Assembly: GCA_049302065.1 (NCBI GenBank)
Contig: JBAQLU010000126.1
Location: 7,475 to 71,474 of the forward strand
DNA length: 64,000 nt
Reading direction: 5' to 3'
From: Thermodesulfovibrionales bacterium
GTDB taxonomy: Bacteria; Nitrospirota; Thermodesulfovibrionia; Thermodesulfovibrionales; SM23-35
Both the position numbers and the translations under genes were made by a program. Positions 57,740 through 64,000 of this stretch are shown here, in pieces; within the stretch, counting starts at the first letter, position 1, and every line of letters begins with the position of its first letter. The notes under the pieces were generated by a model. The model was not told the origin of the DNA. It searched no databases and worked only from the letters and a program-made list of their open reading frames with translations.

Positions 57740-58338
57740 ATCATCACCAGTACGCTCAGCATGGCCATTGACCATATGATGTCAAGGGGAAGCTGAATTT
57801 CGCATGTTGAATCCAAAAGCAGGTCTGCTCTTGGCTGAAACTCATCATCTGCAAGCCATAAAACCAGTATCACCGGTATCCTGGGCATAGGAAACAGCTT
57901 GCAGGAAGCATCTCCGTAAGCCAGTGCTTCAGCACAGAGTTCTTTCCCCCTATTTATAAAACCTTCTTTATCATCTCCATATCTTTTTGCCAGGTTGTCT
58001 AAAGGCAGGACATGACTCCCTCTGAAGAATATCTCTCCACCTTTTAAATTGACGGGTTTCAAAAGTCTCCCTGCAAATGGGATGTACTTTGCATGAACAA
58101 GGTACCAGAGGCAGGAATGGATGAAAAAGTACCCGTGTTTTTTTATGACGGCTTCTCCTGTCGCATCTGTGCTTTTGATAATCTTTTTTTCAGGACTCAC
58201 ATAAAAATCTGTGCAGAAGGATTTTACAACGTAATTGCTGTGCTTTTCGTCATAGAGCACAGCGGCATTTTTGCATACTTCTGCGGGATCAAGATTTTTC
58301 AGTGTCTGCCATGCCTTTTCTTCTCCGGAGGAAATCAT
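57736..58338 (-). CDS. DUF3786-like protein
   Basis: 200 aa. KAWQTLKNLDPAEVCKNAAVLYDEKHSNYVVKSFCTDFYVSPE resembles the DUF3786 N-terminus, identified from memory of the family pattern. Confidence 0.55.
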   Translation of the reverse strand: MISSGEEKAWQTLKNLDPAEVCKNAAVLYDEKHSNYVVKSFCTDFYVSPEKKIIKSTDATGEAVIKKHGYFFIHSCLWYLVHAKYIPFAGRLLKPVNLKGGEIFFRGSHVLPLDNLAKRYGDDKEGFINRGKELCAEALAYGDASCKLFPMPRIPVILVLWLADDEFQPRADLLLDSTCEIQLPLDIIWSMAMLSVLVMM

Positions 58339-58415
58339 TTATAAATAATACCATAAGGTGTCGGGCTTCACTTCAGCTTTGGAATTTTTGATGCTAATCA
58401 AGTTATACTAAATAT

Positions 58416-58583
58416 ATGAAATGCAGACAATGTGGCGGGACAATAAAGCTCATTATTGCCTGAAGACGGGTAACCTTAAACTGCATGGACTGCGGTAACA
58501 AATTCCCCTTGAAAGAATATATTCATGAGATAGATCAAGAAAGTCTGGAACGCATAGCCCTTCGCCCCAGTGACAGGGTTTAG
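58416..58583 (+). other. small CxxC...CxxC zinc-ribbon ORF with an in-frame TGA at 58461-58463
   Basis: MKCRQCGGTIKLIIA-TGA-RRVTLNCMDCGNKFPLKEYIHEIDQESLERIALRPSDRV*. Manual translation. Below the size cut-off of the ORF track. Confidence 0.3.
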
Positions 58584-58637
58584 ATTTTCTTAAATATTAT
58601 TCCCTTCTGTTAGCTTAGATTCAGTATATGAACCGTA

Positions 58638-59426
58638 TTAATCGTATCGTTTCATGTACTGAGCTGGAAGCCATTTATTTAAAACCTGTCTCAACGTTCC
58701 ATCCTGTTTCCATCTCTTCAGTATATCATTCACCTGTTTGAAAAACTGGTCGTCATCTTTCCTGATTGCCCAGGCAAAATATTCTTCGTTGAAAGGCTCC
58801 CATAAGGCTGTAATATCCGCCTCGTTCTCTGAGACAACCCAGATCATAGAAGGTGCATCATGAATAAAGATATCTATTGTTCTCCTTTTGAGCTCAACTG
58901 CTCCGTCATTAGCCTTCGATAATCCGGCTTTCCGAAGAGCATGTGGAAAATTCTTCTGGACAAATGCATCTCCGGTCGTATCTTTTACTGCGCCGACTGC
59001 AGAACTACTTTGCAGTATGCTATCAAGCGAGATATACTTTTTTGCATCCTCGGTACGCATAGCAGCCAGCAACCCGCTTTTCAGATAATAATCAGTAAAT
59101 CTGATTCGCACTTCCCTTGTCTTTGTTATACTCATACCTGACATAATGATATCTATTTTTTCATTCAGGAGAGCTGAAATCTGCTCATCCCATCGCAATA
59201 TGACAAAATTAACCGGCCTTTTTAGTTCTTCTCCGAGCATCCTTGCCATATCTGCCTCAACACCGGTAATGTTCCCTCCCTGTCTGAAAATAATGGGAGG
59301 ATAATCAGGGGTAATTCCGATGCGTAATAGATTGGCAGCCGGGACAGAGTCCTGTGTTGTAGCGCAACCAGCCAAAATAAGTGCAATCAGCAATATGAGT
59401 ACAATTTTTAAACAAGACTTAAACAT
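58638..59426 (-). CDS. amino-acid ABC transporter substrate-binding lipoprotein (family 3 SBP)
   Basis: Start MFKSCLKIVLILLIALILAGC (lipobox) at 59426 with AGGAG upstream. DYPPIIF and GDAF motifs. The track ORF runs to 59510. Confidence 0.8.
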   Translation of the reverse strand: MFKSCLKIVLILLIALILAGCATTQDSVPAANLLRIGITPDYPPIIFRQGGNITGVEADMARMLGEELKRPVNFVILRWDEQISALLNEKIDIIMSGMSITKTREVRIRFTDYYLKSGLLAAMRTEDAKKYISLDSILQSSSAVGAVKDTTGDAFVQKNFPHALRKAGLSKANDGAVELKRRTIDIFIHDAPSMIWVVSENEADITALWEPFNEEYFAWAIRKDDDQFFKQVNDILKRWKQDGTLRQVLNKWLPAQYMKRYD

Positions 59427-59906
59427 AGGATGCTCCTTTCTATAAATGGTTGCTAATAATCCTTCATATCTCAAGATCAAATATGAGGTAATATAAACTA
59501 TACTTTGCAACTAAATCAAATAATACCGGGACATTTCGCAAACTCATACTGATTTTTACAGATTCTCAACTTCCTTCATCAACACGTATGCGAAACAAAT
59601 GGGGGTGAGTGCATTTTGCCCTTTCTTCTAACCAGACAAGAGAGGTCGTCGATCTCACTTTATCCCTAAAACGCGCATCGGATACCACATCATCCGAATG
59701 TTGATAACACATAGAAACAGAGAAGTTGGTAAACTGCAAAATCCATTAATTACTTCATAAATTCTTCATTCATGGGGTCTTTATTCGAAAACATCTAAGA
59801 TACCTATAAGGTATTTTGAATATTATTCAAAATAGGCATTTTTTATTGACAATATTTATAGTTATATGATATTAATGTTCAGTTTTTTACCTCGGGGGTG
59901 GGAACG

Positions 59907-62036
59907 ATGAAAAAATTATTTTTATTTCTGCTTACCACATCATGTGTAGTTGGCATACTTACCTCAGCTTACGCAGATTATGAAGGGACTATCGGCACAG
60001 GGTTTACCATAAACGGTTCAGGCTTTGGTAATTCCAAATCAAAGGTTTATCTTCTGAACGGTAACCAAAAAGTACAGGCGAAAGTAGAAAATTGGTCTGA
60101 CTCATCGATTACCTGCCTATGGACTAAAAAAATATCTCCCGGAACATATTCTCTCTATGTTCAGCCGAAAGGAAAAGGTATGTCCCCTATCCCAGTAGAC
60201 TCATTTACGATCATGCAACCAATCATCGATCAAGTTACTCCAGATGATGGGGTAGCAGGTGATGTTATTACTGTGAATGGAAGGTATTTCACAAATAAAA
60301 AGCCAAAGGTATATTTCGAAAAACCGGCTACACATAAAAGAAAGAGATGCAAAGTCCTAAGTTCATCGATGGATCCGGAAACAGGCAGCAGTAACATCAA
60401 GTTTATAATTCCGAAGTGGGGGTTGGACAAATATAATCTCATTCTGATAAATGCAATTGGTCAGGTAATTGTAGAATTCGCTTCTTGTTCTTACAACATG
60501 TCACCACCGAGTCAAACCTTCGATGCTTCAGGTGGAACCGGCAAAATCAATGTTACAGCGGAGAGTGGATGTAGTTGGACAGCAATAAGTAATGATCAGT
60601 GGATTACAATTACAGCAGAGGAACACTCCGCAGAGGGTGGAGATGGCTATGTTAATTATTCTGTTTCTTCCAATCCTGAAACAATAATAAGAAATGGTTA
60701 TATCACGGTTGCTGGAAAAACATTTACTATAACCCAAGAAGGTGCTGCTGCTCTGGATACCACACCGCCGACGGTTATAGGCTTCAGCATACCCTCGACC
60801 TCAACATCCCTGACGGTATCAATAATAAGTTTTACAGCGACTGATGAAGTAGGGGTTACTGGCTACATGGTTACGGAAACCTCTTCTAAACCTTCAGCGG
60901 GGGCTGCGGGCTGGAGCGCTTCTGCGCCAACGAGCTATCCCTTTGCAAGTGCCGGAGTAAAGACGCTATATGCATGGGCAAAGGACGCAGCCGGCAATGT
61001 CTCGGAAAGCCAGAGTGCGAGTGTTACCATTACAATTAACCTTCCCAAGACAGGACAAACAATAAGCTATTATGCAGGGGATGATGGAGAGCTGCAGATA
61101 GGAGTGGTATGGCCAGTTCCAAGGTTTATTGTCAGTGGTGATTGTGTAACTGACAACCTTACAGGTTTGATGTGGGCAAAGAACGCTAATCTTGCTGGAG
61201 AAATGACATGGCAATCGGCTCTTGACTATGTAGCATCTATGAATAGTGGTGCTGGTTTATGTGGCTACAATGACTGGCGCCTCCCCAACATAAAAGAGCT
61301 GAGAAGCCTGGTTGACTACACACAATATAATCCTCCTTTGCCTGTAGACAACCCATTTGTCAATTTGTATTGGGCCTACTACTGGTCGTCTACTACGTGC
61401 ATGGGTCCGACCGATTATGCGTGGGTCATTGTTACATGGAGTGGAAGGGTGGAAGACCTTGGTAAGGGCCATGGAAGCGGCCCTGTTTGGCCGGTACGTG
61501 CCGAGTCAAATTTGAGTAAGACAGGGCAGACAAAGTGTTTTAACACATCAGGCACTGAGATTAGTTGCACCGGAACAGGTCAGGATGGAGAAATTCGTGC
61601 AGGAGTTGCATGGCCAAATCCAAGGTTTACTGTCAGTGGTGATTGCGTAACTGACAACCTTACAGGTTTGATTTGGGCTAAGAATGCTAACCTTCCAAAA
61701 GGACCAAAGGAATGGCAGCAAGCTCTGGATTACATTGCTTCTATAAATAGTGGTGCTGGTTTATGCGGTCACTATGACTGGCGACTTCCCAATGTGAACG
61801 AGCTTGAAAGCCTTGTGAATGCAGGTAAGGAGGTTTCAGAAATAGAGGAGAAATGGTTGAATGGACAGGGTTTCATAAATGTACAGTCGACACGCTACTG
61901 GACGTCTACTACAATGGCGGAGCAGACTGTTGACGCATGGCTTGTTAATATGTATGATGGCGACGTGCGAGGCCGCTACAAGAGCGATATCGAACTTTTT
62001 GCTTATTATGTTTGGCCGGTACGTGCCGGACAGTAG
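59907..62036 (+). CDS. secreted protein with IPT/TIG-like, BACON-like and Ig-like domains plus two DUF1566 (Lcl C-terminal-like) domains
   Basis: Signal peptide MKKLFLFLL. Two units of about 165 aa with CVTDNLTGL.WAKNANL...W..AL.Y..S.NSGAGLCG..DWRLPN..EL.SLV. The track ORF starts at GTG 59898. Confidence 0.75.
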   Translation: MKKLFLFLLTTSCVVGILTSAYADYEGTIGTGFTINGSGFGNSKSKVYLLNGNQKVQAKVENWSDSSITCLWTKKISPGTYSLYVQPKGKGMSPIPVDSFTIMQPIIDQVTPDDGVAGDVITVNGRYFTNKKPKVYFEKPATHKRKRCKVLSSSMDPETGSSNIKFIIPKWGLDKYNLILINAIGQVIVEFASCSYNMSPPSQTFDASGGTGKINVTAESGCSWTAISNDQWITITAEEHSAEGGDGYVNYSVSSNPETIIRNGYITVAGKTFTITQEGAAALDTTPPTVIGFSIPSTSTSLTVSIISFTATDEVGVTGYMVTETSSKPSAGAAGWSASAPTSYPFASAGVKTLYAWAKDAAGNVSESQSASVTITINLPKTGQTISYYAGDDGELQIGVVWPVPRFIVSGDCVTDNLTGLMWAKNANLAGEMTWQSALDYVASMNSGAGLCGYNDWRLPNIKELRSLVDYTQYNPPLPVDNPFVNLYWAYYWSSTTCMGPTDYAWVIVTWSGRVEDLGKGHGSGPVWPVRAESNLSKTGQTKCFNTSGTEISCTGTGQDGEIRAGVAWPNPRFTVSGDCVTDNLTGLIWAKNANLPKGPKEWQQALDYIASINSGAGLCGHYDWRLPNVNELESLVNAGKEVSEIEEKWLNGQGFINVQSTRYWTSTTMAEQTVDAWLVNMYDGDVRGRYKSDIELFAYYVWPVRAGQ

Positions 62037-62427
62037 GTTATTTGGTCGTTTGGGGATTATTCGCTTCTTTGTTGCAATCTTATTCTATCTTGCCAAGTTG
62101 GGTAGGTCATGTGGTCGGGCTTGACTATTGACTTTTGACGACCCAGAAAGAAAATGCTGCACTGTTTTATCAATAATTCTAAATTCCCAAGCTCGTTCAA
62201 ATTCAACATTTACAATCGTACTCTACATCAAATAAGGATTATTCCCTGTGCTACTTTGATGAAGAAATAAGTGGCGCATATTTCGGTATAAAAGTTATGC
62301 CTCTAACACTCAAAGGGCATGTTCTGGATGCCCCTTAACGGATATGTAAAATCGTCTATATTTGTTGGCAGATTTATATCGGAATGAGTGTGTGAAATTG
62401 TTGTGAGTATACACTAAATAACAATGC

Positions 62428-64000
62428 TCATTTCCTCAATAATTTCTCTACTGTAGGGAATAGTTTTATATCCGTATGCGGGAGGAAAAGGGCGGACATG
62501 TATTCGTCCATGAACCTCCTTGAGACAGAGAGTTCAATATTTGTCATCCTGAGAGCTATCTCTTCTGCTTCTTTCCTCATCTTGTCCGATAGGAGACAGA
62601 GGTAAGCGCCTGCAATGGAAGTGTTGCCGAGGAATATGAATTTTTCTCTCGCTATATCAGGCAACATGCCGATGATAATCGCCCTTTCAATGTTGAGATA
62701 ATTTCCAAAGCCGCCGGCGATATACACACGTTCAACATCGTCGAGTACAATGCCTACCTTCTTCAGCATGAGAGAAATCCCTGCATAGATTGCTGCCTTT
62801 GCCCTGATGATATTTTCTATGTCAACCTCTGTAAGGACAATTTCCCTGCGTTCATCCCTGTAAAACAAGAACTCGGGCCCTTCGAAGCCCTCTCTGATCC
62901 TGTCTGTTTTGATTTCTCTCAGAAGTCTGCCTTTCTGATCGATGACGCCTGACAGGAACAATTCTGTTATTGCGTCTATCATGCCCGACCCGCATATCCC
63001 GACCGGTTTCCCGCTGCCTATTACTCCAAGTTCAGGTTCAAATGTCCGGGGATCGATTTTTATGGACTCCACAGCCCCTTCTGTTGCCCTCATGCCATGC
63101 CTTATGCCGCTTCCTTCAAAACACGGTCCGGCAGAGCATGCAGCAGTCACAAGCCATTCATTATTGCCGAGAACGATCTCTCCGTTTGTACCGATGTCGA
63201 GAAAGAGAGATATTTCACTTCTCTTGTGCATTTTTGAAGCGAGAACACCTGCGACTATATCTCCTCCGACGTAGCTTGCAACACAGGGGACTGTATAAAC
63301 AGGAGCCGGCTTATTGATGTTCAGCCCGGCTGTGCAGGCCTTCCATACAGGGAAGGTATTCAGTGATGGAGTATACGGCTCTTCCCTTATATATTCAGGA
63401 TTGATGGACCAGAAGAAGTGAGACATGATTGTATTGCCGGAAATCACTGCTGACTCAATATCTTCAACCATTATGTTATGTCTTTCAACCAAGGTGGCTA
63501 TCAGGTTATTAATATCAGTAACGACTGCGTCTCTTAGTTCTGCAATCCCATTTTCCTCAGTTGCGTAAACTATTCTCGTAATGACATCATCTCCATGCCG
63601 GATCTGAGAATTGTAGGTTGAACCGACATCAACGAGAGTTCCATCAGAAAGATCAACGAGGTATACAACTACTGTAGTTGTACCCACATCTGCTGCAATG
63701 CCGAATCTTTTTTTGTTTTCAATACGGGATATGCAAACGGCCTCAGGGCCATGAGTATATCCAAGATTGATCTTCCAGCCGGCATCCCTCAATGTATGAG
63801 CCAAAGATGAAACAAAGCCGTGAGAAAATCTCATCCCATGCAACCCTTTTTCCTCAAGGGCTTTCTTAAGCCGTTCAAGGTCGCTTACGTTGTTGTCAAT
63901 AGTGGGGGGAGGAATGTTAAGGGTAATCCATTTTATAAGCGGAGAGATAACCCCATCCATGGACCGGAGCAGTCCGGCAAGATCTTTTGATCTTGAGATC
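62428..64000 (-). CDS. ASKHA-fold corrinoid activation protein-like (RACo/DUF4445 family), partial; N-terminus beyond the right window edge
   Basis: FGIAADVGTTTVVVYLVDL and LFLDIGTNGEIVLGN (acetate/sugar-kinase-type phosphate motifs). The reading frame stays open from 63960 to 64000. Confidence 0.7.
   Translation of the reverse strand, partial: ISRSKDLAGLLRSMDGVISPLIKWITLNIPPPTIDNNVSDLERLKKALEEKGLHGMRFSHGFVSSLAHTLRDAGWKINLGYTHGPEAVCISRIENKKRFGIAADVGTTTVVVYLVDLSDGTLVDVGSTYNSQIRHGDDVITRIVYATEENGIAELRDAVVTDINNLIATLVERHNIMVEDIESAVISGNTIMSHFFWSINPEYIREEPYTPSLNTFPVWKACTAGLNINKPAPVYTVPCVASYVGGDIVAGVLASKMHKRSEISLFLDIGTNGEIVLGNNEWLVTAACSAGPCFEGSGIRHGMRATEGAVESIKIDPRTFEPELGVIGSGKPVGICGSGMIDAITELFLSGVIDQKGRLLREIKTDRIREGFEGPEFLFYRDERREIVLTEVDIENIIRAKAAIYAGISLMLKKVGIVLDDVERVYIAGGFGNYLNIERAIIIGMLPDIAREKFIFLGNTSIAGAYLCLLSDKMRKEAEEIALRMTNIELSVSRRFMDEYMSALFLPHTDIKLFPTVEKLLRK

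Noticed and set aside
59511-59897. Possible gene remnant or sRNA in the 390-nt spacer upstream of the DUF1566 gene. It contains the palindrome TTGAATATTATTCAA and a TTGACA-18 nt-TATTAA promoter-like pair.
   Set aside because: I can assign no recognisable protein similarity by eye, and the promoter-like hexamers are weak evidence in A/T-rich DNA. Left unannotated.

Overview
64-kb window from a low-GC anaerobic bacterium. Gene content includes an HdrA/MvhDGA-type [NiFe] hydrogenase, a four-subunit 2-oxoacid:ferredoxin oxidoreductase, MglA/MglB, B12-radical SAM and a RACo-like activator. A Nitrospirota/Desulfobacterota-like origin is only a guess. Most of the window is densely packed housekeeping DNA: pfk, accBC-efp, coaBC-rpoZ-gmk-remA-yicC, por, hdr-mvh, apgM, hisS, and divIVA-yggT-proC-yggS. 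Two accessory islands rich in gene debris interrupt it. Island 1 (about 12.85-17.35 kb) carries a small repeat-rich ORF plus a zinc-ribbon SIR2-like protein, a RAYT transposase remnant, a UPF0175 antitoxin with a truncated PIN-like toxin, a GHKL-ATPase plus STAS-like (DUF4325) pair, and a PIN C-terminal remnant. Island 2 (about 37.8-45.0 kb) carries a translationally coupled radC-mod-res (Type III R-M) operon surrounded by truncated or chimeric defence and toxin-antitoxin genes. A 27-bp direct repeat there marks two copies of a PLD-helicase N-terminus. A relE/phd pair and a cluster of REP-like hairpins sit beside tRNA-Ala(CGC). My best candidates for an undescribed system are the two modules of island 1, the small ORF + SIR2-like pair and the GHKL + STAS-like pair. 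Both calls rest on motif recognition by eye and need profile and structure searches. I also report a family of hexamer-periodic long hairpins, a TatD-radical SAM fusion, an in-frame TGA in a zinc-ribbon ORF and a frameshifted usp gene.
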